From the NCBI GenBank assembly GCA_017883285.1, contig JADGNV010000098.1:244-64243 (forward strand): DNA of 64,000 bases, read 5' to 3'. The notes below the pieces were generated by a model. It worked only from the letters and a program-made list of their open reading frames with translations, was not told the origin of the DNA and searched no databases. Positions 1-10,400 of the stretch are shown here, in pieces (within the stretch, counting starts at the first letter, position 1; each line of letters opens with the position of its first letter). A program made the position numbers and the translations under genes. This DNA is from Candidatus Aminicenantes bacterium. Its GTDB lineage: Bacteria > Acidobacteriota > Aminicenantia > Aminicenantales > UBA4085.

Positions 1-984
1 GGCGTTGTTGTCGATGTTCCACGTGTCGGCGAAGTAGATCGTGACGTCGCAGCCCGGATTGATCTTGAACTGGGTGTTGTTGCTCAGAGTGAAGGCGCCC
101 GTGATGTAGAGCGTCACGCTGGACGTGATGGTCACGACGGCGTTGTTCGCGAGGGAGAAATTCGTGTACTGCCCGCTTGTGGCGATCGTCCCGGTTCCAT
201 CCAACGCGTAGTCGCCCCGGAAGGTCAGTCCCGCGGGCGGCGGGACGGATGGCAGGACCTTGGACTCGGCAAGGGCCGATTTCGTCCCCGTGACGACGGC
301 GTTGTTCCGCTGGGTGATGACCTCGTCGGGGTTGGACCCGAATCCGGTGGCGACGCTCCCGTCGACATAGGCGTTGTTGTAGAGCGTCACGCCGAGGTCG
401 ATCTTGCCCCAGGTGCTGGAGTTGGTCCCGATGTTGCCGCTGTGGCGGGGGGCGGCCGGATCGTAGGGCCCCGACCGGGAATCATAACTGTCGATCCAGG
501 CGTTCTGGTAGAGCGTCACGCCCGTGTCGCCGAAAACCCCGAAATTGAAGATCGGCGGCGCCCCGTCCTCCAGGAGGATGACACGGAGGCATTTCGATAT
601 GCTTGACGTCCCGACATGGGCCACCGTCCCCGTCGCTTCGATCGCAGGACGGAGGCCCGCCGGATCGTAGACGGTGACCGCGATGTTCCCGACGACCGTC
701 CCGTTGGCCGACGTCATGCCGGTAAGCGATAGGCTCCGCTGGATGGACGACCCGCTCCAGCCCGAGATGGACCCGTGGTTCAGCTCCCAGATGGCCCGTT
801 CGACGCCGGCCTCGGCCAGGTTCAGCGCCGCGAGCGAGCGGAAGGATTTCTCGGTGGTCCGCTGGGAGGTGCTGAGCCTTGTCAGGACGGGCACGGCGAC
901 GAGGAGCAGGCAGACCGAAACGAGCAGCGTGACCGAAAGGGCCATGCCGCTCTGTCGCCGCGATCGAAGGGCCGGTTTGCACAT
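1..984 (-). CDS. PilX-like minor pseudopilin / large pilus-associated protein; C-terminus cut by the window start
   Basis: Absent from the ORF track because it has no stop inside the window. My minus-strand translation from the ATG at 982-984 is open for all 328 codons to position 1: MCKPALRSRRQSGMALSVTLLVSVCLLLVAVPVLTRLSTSQRTTEKSFRSLAALNLAEAGVERAIWELN... It has a basic N-terminus, a hydrophobic helix and an AEAG-type PilX_N-like segment, then repetitive VTLY.NA.V.G segments. It is the last gene of a three-gene pseudopilin operon. Track ORFs 482..982(-) and 674..1135(+) are Arg/Pro-rich alternative frames. Confidence 0.6.
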   Translation of the reverse strand, partial: MCKPALRSRRQSGMALSVTLLVSVCLLLVAVPVLTRLSTSQRTTEKSFRSLAALNLAEAGVERAIWELNHGSISGWSGSSIQRSLSLTGMTSANGTVVGNIAVTVYDPAGLRPAIEATGTVAHVGTSSISKCLRVILLEDGAPPIFNFGVFGDTGVTLYQNAWIDSYDSRSGPYDPAAPRHSGNIGTNSSTWGKIDLGVTLYNNAYVDGSVATGFGSNPDEVITQRNNAVVTGTKSALAESKVLPSVPPPAGLTFRGDYALDGTGTIATSGQYTNFSLANNAVVTITSSVTLYITGAFTLSNNTQFKINPGCDVTIYFADTWNIDNNA

Positions 985-1115
985 TAGTCTACAGTTTAAG
1001 CCCTCCGGATCGAAAAAACCATCATCCCGCGGGGGTGAATATGAGAGGGTTTTTTCACCCTCCGGCCTGACCCCCGAAGGGCAAGGGGGGCTAGCCCCTG
1101 AAACGGGGGCCGGGA

Positions 1116-1724
1116 CTACCTGTTTCTCAACTTGAACGTGGAGTTGAGGGACTGGGCTAAGAGCGTCTGCGCCCCGCGAACGTTCGTCGCGACATCGGCT
1201 TTCACTCTGGCCGCAACCGAAAATCCAGAGGTCAGCACGGCGTCGGAGGAGTCGAAATAGGTGAAGGAGAGGGCGACGACGTTATCGGACAGAAATCGAC
1301 GGCCGCTCGTCCGGGCGCTCGGCGGGACGGCGATGAGGATGCGCTCCGCCATCCGGCCGCTCCGTCGGTAGACGATATAATCGAAATCGTTGTCGACATC
1401 GATGATGAGGCCGCCGGAATCGATCGCCGGGACCTGGAGGACGAGGACGTCGGCGGAGGTGGCGTAACCCGAATACGCGGCCGCCACCCGGACGGCCGAT
1501 TTCACGTCCCGGGCGATCCAGACCAAGGGGAAACTGCTGTCCTCGAGGATGTCGGCCGCGGCCGTCTGGTTCATGAAGTATTTGTGCCCCATGGTGTAGA
1601 GCGACAGGACCGCCAGGACGAGGATGGACGTGATGACGAGGGAGATCAGCACCTCGATCAGGGTCAGGCCCGGCCGCCCGGCCCGAGGCCGCGTCTTCGC
1701 CTTCTTCTTCGATCGCGCGCCCAT
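1116..1724 (-). CDS. Prepilin-type N-terminal cleavage/methylation domain protein (PilW/GspJ-like pseudopilin)
   Basis: 202 aa. The N-terminus MGARSKKKAKTRPRAGRPG|LTLIEVLISLVITSILVLAV has a basic leader, the G/LTLIE prepilin peptidase motif with Glu at +5, and a hydrophobic helix. It lies 6 nt downstream of the previous pseudopilin gene. Confidence 0.8.
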   Translation of the reverse strand: MGARSKKKAKTRPRAGRPGLTLIEVLISLVITSILVLAVLSLYTMGHKYFMNQTAAADILEDSSFPLVWIARDVKSAVRVAAAYSGYATSADVLVLQVPAIDSGGLIIDVDNDFDYIVYRRSGRMAERILIAVPPSARTSGRRFLSDNVVALSFTYFDSSDAVLTSGFSVAARVKADVATNVRGAQTLLAQSLNSTFKLRNR

Positions 1725-1730
1725 GTCCGC

Positions 1731-2168
1731 CTATTTCCTGTCCACGCCCATCCGGGTGATGAGCGTCACGATGTCTTTCCGCCGGGTTTGGCCCCGATAC
1801 GACCAGGACACGCTGACCGTCAGCTTCTTGATGTCGGGGCCGCTGCTCGTTTCGACCACCTGGAGGCCCTGCCCGGCCGACAGCCGGGCGAGCTTGTCGC
1901 TCGAAAATGTCGGCCCGAGCGCCAGGATAGCGTCGAAGGGCATGTTCCGGACGGCCTCCACTCGCTCCTGGCAGATCTGGGCGGCCAGGGCGACTTGGCG
2001 GGTCCGGGCCACGCTTCCAAAACCGTAAGTCAACACGGAGAGCAGGGATATGACCATCATTCCGAGGACGGCGATCGCGACCAGGGTTTCGATCAGCGAG
2101 AAACCCCGGGTTCGGCGAGAAGATCGGCGCATGTTTCGCTCTTTGGGGCGGAGAGAATCCACCTTCAT
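1731..2168 (-). CDS. Prepilin-type N-terminal cleavage/methylation domain protein (PilV/GspI-like pseudopilin)
   Basis: 145 aa with ...MRRSSRRTRG|FSLIETLVAIAVLGMMVISLL. The true start is probably the second Met (top coordinate 2132), which gives a typical 10-residue leader. Confidence 0.8.
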   Translation of the reverse strand: MKVDSLRPKERNMRRSSRRTRGFSLIETLVAIAVLGMMVISLLSVLTYGFGSVARTRQVALAAQICQERVEAVRNMPFDAILALGPTFSSDKLARLSAGQGLQVVETSSGPDIKKLTVSVSWSYRGQTRRKDIVTLITRMGVDRK

Positions 2169-2342
2169 ATATTATAGGGCGAAACCGGCGGGCGATCCAT
2201 GCCCCCCGCAGGCGAATACAGGGGGGAGATTGAGGCCGGAGGCGGCTAGCCTCCCGCGTCGGATCGGGACGCGCAACCCGGTCGACTCGGTAATTCATTT
2301 TCTTGGGCATTTAGGGATTGAGTTGTCTGTCACCGAAATTTA

Positions 2343-2507
2343 TTAATTTAAGAGACGGCCCTGTTCGCGGTAGATGCCGATCCATTTTTCCACGGCCCGG
2401 GTCAGCTCGTTGCGCAGGGATTCCCCGCTGCCGTGGATCGGCCGCAGCTCCTCGGCGAGCTCGGGGTAGGTTTTGCAATCCAGGCTCCCGTCGCCGGCGC
2501 TCCGGAA
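2343..2507 (-). pseudogene. High-GC C-terminal remnant of a paralog of the receiver-domain gene at 12349..13794
   Basis: The minus frame is open from 2564 down to the TAA at 2343-2345 and contains no Met. It reads ...SLDCKTYPELAEELRPIHGSGESLRNELTRAVEKWIGIYREQGRLLN*. This aligns by eye with the C-terminus of the 12349 protein (WLDRKGYSKLAEELRPIHGSGSKLSDTLISIFAKWQKTYARSDRSL), including the identical 12-residue run LAEELRPIHGSG. The upstream end of the frame is overwritten by the gdhA terminator hairpin. Confidence 0.6.
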
Positions 2508-2521
2508 GAGCGTCGGAAAAG

Positions 2522-2555
2522 TGAATGCGGAAGGGCCGAAGGCCCTTCCGCATTC
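2522..2555 (-). terminator. Intrinsic terminator hairpin downstream of gdhA
   Basis: Perfect inverted repeat GAATGCGGAAGGGCC-gaa-GGCCCTTCCGCATTC about 40 nt after the gdhA stop. On the minus strand it is followed by ACTTTTCC. Confidence 0.6.
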
Positions 2556-2592
2556 TAGCGTAGGTTAAGAAGAGATTAAAAGGCCTTATCTC

Positions 2593-4053
<1,461 letters not shown>

Positions 4054-4199
4054 TTATTTTGATTTTAATAAAAAAGTCCGGCCCTGATTAGGCTGCGGGC
4101 GAAAGCATTCCAGATTTCTGGAAGCCGATGAAGATGCGCTGGATTCGACGCGTCAACGATCCGAGGGTGAAGACCTCAGAGTCCGCTGCAAAAGCTTTC

Positions 4200-4228
4200 T
4201 TGACATTAAAAATGTCAGAGGGTATTTT
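4200..4228 (+). promoter_or_regulatory. Sigma70-like promoter with an overlapping palindrome upstream of the GDH-like operon
   Basis: TTGACA (4200-4205), 17-nt spacer, TATTTT (4223-4228). The inverted repeat TGACAT-taaaa-ATGTCA (4201-4217) overlaps the -35 box and could be an operator. Recognised by eye only. Confidence 0.4.
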
Positions 4229-4302
4229 TATTAAAAGAAGGAAGTTCAAAACTCGGATTCCGTCCATAAGATGGAGATATTTACGGAGAAAGGAAAAGCG
4301 TA

Positions 4303-5589
4303 ATGAGCCAAAAGCCTTTTAACTCATTCGACATGGCTCAGTCCCAGTTTGACAGGATCGCCGACCTGCTCGGGTTGGACGGCCCCACCAGAGATTTTTT
4401 GCGGTGGCCGATGCGAGAATATCAATTTCTGATCCCTATCCGCATGGATGACGGCCGGGCCGGAATTTTTCGGGGATTTCGTGTTCTTCATAATGATGCC
4501 CGGGGCCCTGGGAAGGGCGGCCTTCGCTTTCACCCCCAGGAAACGATCGATACGATCCGTGCGCTGGCGATGTGGATGACCTGGAAATGCGCCCTCATGG
4601 ATATTCCTCTGGGGGGGAGCAACGGCGGCGTTGTTTGCGATCCTCACAACCTCAGCTTGAGAGAACAGGAACGGCTCTGCCGGGGCTGGGTGAGGCAATT
4701 GTCCAGAGATTTAGGGCCTCAAATCGACGTGCCCGCTCCGGAGATCATGACGAATGCTCAGCATATGTTGTGGATGCTGGATGAATTCGAAGCGATCCGC
4801 GAGCAGAAGCTGCCGGGGTTTATCACCGGCAAACCGGTTGTCTTAGGCGGCTCTCTCGGCCGCCTCGAAGCGGCGGGTTTCGGACTGGCCTTTACGCTGC
4901 GGGAAGCGCTTAAAGAGCTGGGCATGCGGCCGGAGGACACGACGGCCGGCGTTCAGGGATTCGGCAACCTCGGCCAGCATGCGATTCGGCTTTATCAACA
5001 GATGGGAGGCCGGGTGATCTGCGTCGCGTGTTGGGATCAAAAAGACGGAACGTCCTATACCTATAAAAAAGATTCAGGAATTGATTTCAACAGCCTTCTG
5101 AGCGTGACCGATCGCTTTGGAGGAATAGAAAAAAAAGGAGCTCAAGATCTGGGTTACGATGTGCTTCCGGGAAACGCGTGGCTCGAGCAGGACGTCGATA
5201 TCCTGATACCGGCGGCATTGGAAAACCAAATCACGATCGACCATGTGAAAAAAATACGTCCCCGCGTGAAAATCATTGCCGAGGGCGCGAACGGCCCGAT
5301 GACAGCCGAGGCGGATAAAGCGATCGCAAGCCGGGATATATTCCTTATTCCGGATATTCTGGCGAATGCGGGCGGCGTAACCTGCAGCTATTTCGAGCAG
5401 GTTCAGAGCCATATGAATTATTACTGGGAAAAAGACGAGGTCCTGGGCAAGTTGGACGTGAAAATGAATTCGGCATTCCATGCGGTTCTCGAATTGGCGA
5501 AAGAAAAGAGTCTTTCGATGCGGGATGCAGCTTTTTCCATCGCTATCGCCCGCGTGGCTCAAGCCTGTAAAGACCGGGGCTGGGTGTGA
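4303..5589 (+). CDS. Glu/Leu/Phe/Val dehydrogenase-family protein with non-canonical active site (probable pseudo-enzyme or sensor)
   Basis: 428 aa. It keeps [11 protein letters not shown] and MTWKCAL, and has a Rossmann-type GFGNLG. The catalytic GG[GSA]KGG Lys is Asn (PLGGSNGG, codon AAC 4621-4623). The catalytic Asp of DVPAPD is Glu (DVPAPE, GAG 4741-4743). Confidence 0.85.
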   Translation: MSQKPFNSFDMAQSQFDRIADLLGLDGPTRDFLRWPMREYQFLIPIRMDDGRAGIFRGFRVLHNDARGPGKGGLRFHPQETIDTIRALAMWMTWKCALMDIPLGGSNGGVVCDPHNLSLREQERLCRGWVRQLSRDLGPQIDVPAPEIMTNAQHMLWMLDEFEAIREQKLPGFITGKPVVLGGSLGRLEAAGFGLAFTLREALKELGMRPEDTTAGVQGFGNLGQHAIRLYQQMGGRVICVACWDQKDGTSYTYKKDSGIDFNSLLSVTDRFGGIEKKGAQDLGYDVLPGNAWLEQDVDILIPAALENQITIDHVKKIRPRVKIIAEGANGPMTAEADKAIASRDIFLIPDILANAGGVTCSYFEQVQSHMNYYWEKDEVLGKLDVKMNSAFHAVLELAKEKSLSMRDAAFSIAIARVAQACKDRGWV

Positions 5590-5644
5590 TGCCGGCGACG
5601 GGCCGTTTCCGGAATGCGTGAAGCGCTTCAAACGCGGGATTTGA

Positions 5645-7402
5645 ATGTTAAAAAATAGAGGTCAGTCTTTTATGATGAACCCGGCGCCCTTCGATCGCCA
5701 TTTTTTTACGGGCAAGGAAAAATTCACCCTCATCGGCCGGGGCGCGTTGGGCGGGAAGGCTCACGGCCTGGCCGTCATGAAGGAAATTCTTGAAATACAA
5801 ATCACCCCCCGGTTCTTACCTGAGATCCATGTCGGGATCCCGACCTTGACGGTGATCGCGACCGATGTCTTTGACCTTTTCATGAAAGAAAACAGGTTAT
5901 CCGACGTCGCCTTGTCCGACCTGCGCGACGATCTGATCGCCCAAGCTTTTCAAAAAGCAGAATTTCCGGTCCAGCTTGTCGGCGATTTGAGAGCCCTCAT
6001 TTCTCAAGTCCACACACCCCTGGCGATCCGGTCCTCGAGCCTGCTCGAGGATGCCATGTTTGAGCCGTTTGCCAGCGTCTATGCGACGAAGATGATCCCC
6101 AATAATCAATGGGATACGGATACGCGTTTCCGTAAACTTGTGGAGGCCATAAAATATGTCTATGCGTCGACTTTTTTTAGGGACGCTAAAAACTATATGC
6201 GGGCCACAAAACATACGACGGCCGATGAAAAAATGGCGGTCATTATTCAAGAGGTGGTCGGAAACCGCCTAGGCGATCGTTTTTATCCCCATATATCCGG
6301 GGTCGCCCGCTCCCACAATTATTATCCGCTCGGCCATGCCAAACCCGGCGACGGCGTGATCGACCTGGCGCTCGGATTGGGCAAAAGCATCGTCGACGAT
6401 GGAGTCGGCTGGTCATTTTCGCCGGCCTATCCTCAGGCGAATCCCCCCTACGTGTCCATCAACGCGCTTTTAGAGCAATCTCAGACCGAATTCTGGGCCA
6501 TTAACATGGGACAACCGGGAGAATATAATCCCATCAAGGAAACCGAATACCTGCTGAAATTCAACTTGGAAGACGCGGAAGGAGACGGGACTTTGCGCTT
6601 CATCGCTTCCACGTATCGGCCGCAAGACGACAAAATCGTCTTCGGGATCGTCGAAAAAGGACCGAGGATTGTCGATTTCTCCCCGATCTTGAAATTAGAT
6701 CTCATCCCTCTCAACAACCTACTCCGGACTCTCCTAAAAATAGCCGAAGACACGCTGGAAAGAATGGTGGAGATTGAGTTCGCCTTGACGCTCGACGAAA
6801 CCCGGGGCACGCCCGCGCGCTTCGGCTTTCTCCAAGTCAGGCCGATGGTGGTTTCCGAAGCGAAAGTCGATGTCTCCCTGCGCGAACTTACGGGAGAAAA
6901 CGTCCTTGTGGCATCCGAATCCGTTCTGGGCAATGGAATTCTTGAGGACATTCAGGATATCGTCTACGTCAAACCCGAAAAATTCGACATTCATCAAACG
7001 CAAAATATCGCCGCTCAATTGGAGGTCTTGAACCAGCAATTGACGGCCTCCGGGAAGGCCTTCCTTCTCGTGGGCTTCGGCCGCTGGGGCTCTTCCGATC
7101 CTCAAGGGGGCATCCCCGTCAACTTCGGACAAATCTCCGGGGCGAAAGCGATTGTCGAGTCGACATTGCCGGAGATGAATTTCATGTTCAGCCAAGGGTC
7201 TCATTTTTTCCATAACATCACGAGCTTTCGAGTCCTTTATTTTTCCGTGCCCCATTGGGAGAAGTATACGATTGATTGGAACTGGCTGAAACGGCAAAAC
7301 GCCGTTGCCGAAACGGAATCTGTCCGCCATGTCAAACTTCTTTCTCCCTTGAAAATCAAAGTGGATGGCAGGACGAGCCGAGGAGTCATTTGTCATGCCT
7401 GA
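5645..7402 (+). CDS. PEP/pyruvate-binding (PPDK_N ATP-grasp) domain protein, paralog 1; no swivel-His or PEP-utilizer barrel
   Basis: 585 aa. It carries GRGALGGKAHGL, IRSSSLLED and MAVIIQEVVG...ISGVARSHN, matching PpsA/PPDK N-domain signatures. The C-terminal domain has GFGRWGS...SQGSHFFHN. An alternative start is the ATG near 5672, which has AGAGG upstream. Confidence 0.85.
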   Translation: MLKNRGQSFMMNPAPFDRHFFTGKEKFTLIGRGALGGKAHGLAVMKEILEIQITPRFLPEIHVGIPTLTVIATDVFDLFMKENRLSDVALSDLRDDLIAQAFQKAEFPVQLVGDLRALISQVHTPLAIRSSSLLEDAMFEPFASVYATKMIPNNQWDTDTRFRKLVEAIKYVYASTFFRDAKNYMRATKHTTADEKMAVIIQEVVGNRLGDRFYPHISGVARSHNYYPLGHAKPGDGVIDLALGLGKSIVDDGVGWSFSPAYPQANPPYVSINALLEQSQTEFWAINMGQPGEYNPIKETEYLLKFNLEDAEGDGTLRFIASTYRPQDDKIVFGIVEKGPRIVDFSPILKLDLIPLNNLLRTLLKIAEDTLERMVEIEFALTLDETRGTPARFGFLQVRPMVVSEAKVDVSLRELTGENVLVASESVLGNGILEDIQDIVYVKPEKFDIHQTQNIAAQLEVLNQQLTASGKAFLLVGFGRWGSSDPQGGIPVNFGQISGAKAIVESTLPEMNFMFSQGSHFFHNITSFRVLYFSVPHWEKYTIDWNWLKRQNAVAETESVRHVKLLSPLKIKVDGRTSRGVICHA

Positions 7403-10400
7403 TCAGCCCAAGAATAGCGACAATTTGATTTGGTTTCTCTCCGAAAGGGCTAAGGAGCTGAACTGTCTGTATAAAATCGAGGAGCTTCTCAATAGGCCGG
7501 ACGCGAGTCTAGACGATATTTGTTACGGCATCATCGAGGCCATCCCGCCGGGCTGGCAATATCCGGATATTTGCGTCGCTCAGATTGCCCTTGAGGGCCA
7601 CACCTGCCAATCTCTAAACTTTAAAGAAACGCCCTGGGTGCAGTTTGCCGACATCAAAGTCCAGGAGCAGCAGATCGGCCGGCTTAGCATTCATTACACG
7701 GCCGAAATGCCCCATATGGATGACGGCCCTTTTCTTAAAGAAGAAACGAAACTGTTGGGTACGATCGTCGAACGCCTGGGGCATTACATCCAATATGCGA
7801 GGATGAAACAAGTTTATCAAGAATACCAGGCCGCCAGAGGCAATCGGACCGAACGCACGGCCGAAGAGTGGCGTTTCGCTTTGAATTTTTTACGGGAGAC
7901 GAACAAAAATCTCTTTCTGGATATTTCCCGCCGCATGCTGAATTTTTTATGCTGGAGCGGAATCAGCGACGCCGAGGTTCTCCTCCAGAAAGCGGGCGGG
8001 GGGCTCCGATCGAGAGACGACGGCGCGCCGACCGGTGAAAACCGTCCCGACCCCAAAAGCTCGGCCTCTTTTAGCGCTCAACTCCTCGACGAAACGTTCA
8101 AGCTTGCGGCGAAACATCTCACGAATGAACAAATTCTGGCCAATATCCAAAAGTGGATCCAGGAAGACCGGCTCAGCTTTTTAGTCCAGATTACAAATCG
8201 AAATCTGCCGCTGGCCAAGGTCGTCGATGCCATCCGGCGCTATCACCATATTGCCGCGGAAGGCATCGAGCTGCCCCCGCCGAGCCAACGAGGGGTCCAA
8301 GTCTCTCTGATCCAGCGTTTTCTCTCGGCCAGACAGGAGTTCGTCAACACGGCCGTGGAGTATATCGACATCGACGATTTTTATGAAGTGTTAGCTCATA
8401 TCGTCTTTTCTCCGGAAAGCCAAGGGAGACTGGGCGGGAAAAGCACCGGATTGTTCCTGGCGAAACACATCATCCGGAAATGCGGTTCTTCGTCCGATCT
8501 TCTAAGAGACATCAAGGTCCCCAAAACATGGTATATCACTTCGGACGGATTGTTGAGTTTTCTCAACTATAACAACCTCAACGAGGCTGTTGAACAAAAA
8601 TATAAAGATATCAATCAGGTGCGGCTCGAATATCCTCATCTCGTCCAAACTTTCAAGAATTCCGTCTTCCCGACGGACATCATCCAAGGTCTCTCGGTGG
8701 TCCTGGATGATTTCAAGGACCAGCCTCTGATCGTCCGAAGCTCAAGCCTGCTTGAAGATCGCATGGGATCGTCGTTTTCGGGAAAATACAAGAGTCTTTT
8801 TCTGGCGAACCAGGGCAGCAAGCAGGAGCGCTTGGAAGCTCTCACCGATGCCATCGCCGAAGTTTATGCCTCCACCTTCGGTCCCGATCCAATCGGATAT
8901 CGGGCCGAACGGGGCCGGCTTGATTTCGCTGAAGAAATGGGAATCATGATTCAAGAAGTCGTCGGGACGAAAGTCGGCGACTATTTCCTGCCGGCTTATG
9001 CGGGGGTCGCCTTCAGCCGGAATGAATTCCGCTGGTCACCTCGCATCCGACGCGAGGACGGCTTGCTCCGGCTTGTCCCCGGGTTGGGAACCCGCGCCGT
9101 CGATCGGATCGGCGATGATTATCCCGTCTTGATGGCCCCCGGCCAGATCGGCCTTCGGGTGAACGTCTCTCCCGACGAGATCGTTCGCTATGCTCCGAAG
9201 AATGTTGACGCGATAAATCTCAAGAAGAATACGTTTGAAACCGTAGAAATCAAGGACCTCCTAAAAAAATTCGGCCATGAAATCCCCGCCGTGGAGAGGA
9301 TGGTCTCCATTCATGACGGCCCGCGGATTCGTCAGCCCGTAGGAAAAAATATCGACTTCACAAAGGATGATTTAATCGTCACGTTCGAGGGCCTGATCAT
9401 GGACACACGTTTCATCCCTCGCCTCAAATCCCTGCTTCAACTGTTGGAGGAAAAACTCAAAACTCCCGTGGATATCGAATTTGCCTCCGACGGCAAGGAT
9501 TTCTACCTCGTCCAATGCCGGCCTCAAAGCTATTTCGAAGGATGCGAGCCCTCTCCGGTTCCTCAAGACACTCCGAAAGAAAAAATCCTATTCTTCAGCA
9601 GCCGTTTCGTTTCCAACGGCAGGGTCCCCGATATTACACATATCGTCTACGTGAATCCGGAACGATATGACGCGCTGAACGATGAGCCAGCTCTGCTCGC
9701 CGTCGGACGGGCCGTCGGGAAACTCAATAAGCTCCTGCCTCGGCGGCGGTTCATCCTCATGGGCCCGGGACGCTGGGGAAGCCGGGGTGATATCAAACTG
9801 GGCGTGAAGGTCACGTACTCCGATATCTCGAATACGGCCGTCCTTGTGGAAATCGCCCGAAAAAAAGGCGATTATTCGCCCGACCTTTCCTTCGGGACGC
9901 ATTTCTTCCAGGATTTAGTGGAAGCCGAAATCCGCTATCTGCCGCTTTATCCGGGTGAAAAGGGCACGAAGTTCAACGAAGATTTTTTCCTGAAATCTCC
10001 GAATATCCTTCCCCAAATTTTGCCCGAGTTCGCCTTCCTCGCCGATATTGTCAGGGTCATTGATATTCCGAAGAGCACGGACGGCCTTGTCCTGAAAGTC
10101 CTGATGAACGCCGACCGGGACGAGGCCGCGGGAATCCTGGACAGCCCATCCCTAGGCGCGTCGGTTCCCATCGTTTCCCGGGAGCCGGCTGAAAAACGCT
10201 CGGAAAATTTTTGGGCCTGGCGGCTGCGGATGGCCGAGCGCCTCACATCCCGGCTCGACGCTATTCGCTTCGGCGTCAAAGGCTTATATGTCTTCGGCAG
10301 CACAAAAAATGCCACGGCCGGCCCTCAAAGCGATATCGATCTATTGGTTCATTTTCAGGGGACAAAGGAACAGCGCCAAGAGCTTCTGGTCTGGCTGGAG

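Noticed and set aside
482-1135. Track ORFs 482..982(-) and 674..1135(+)
   Set aside because: Their composition is Arg/Pro/Gly-rich and typical of off-frame translation in high-GC DNA. A third frame on the minus strand is open across 1-984 with a PilX-like N-terminus and fits the pseudopilin operon.
4128-4322. 64-aa ORF in the gdhA / GDH-like intergenic region
   Set aside because: It covers the predicted promoter and 5'-UTR of the GDH-like gene and runs into that gene's start. It is highly basic with low complexity and is probably not coding.
5645-7402. Annotating the PPDK_N proteins as PEP synthase or pyruvate phosphate dikinase
   Set aside because: They lack the GG.T.HAA-type phosphohistidine signature and the C-terminal PEP/pyruvate-binding barrel. 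They are also 200-300 residues too short, or in the 1063-aa case differently extended.
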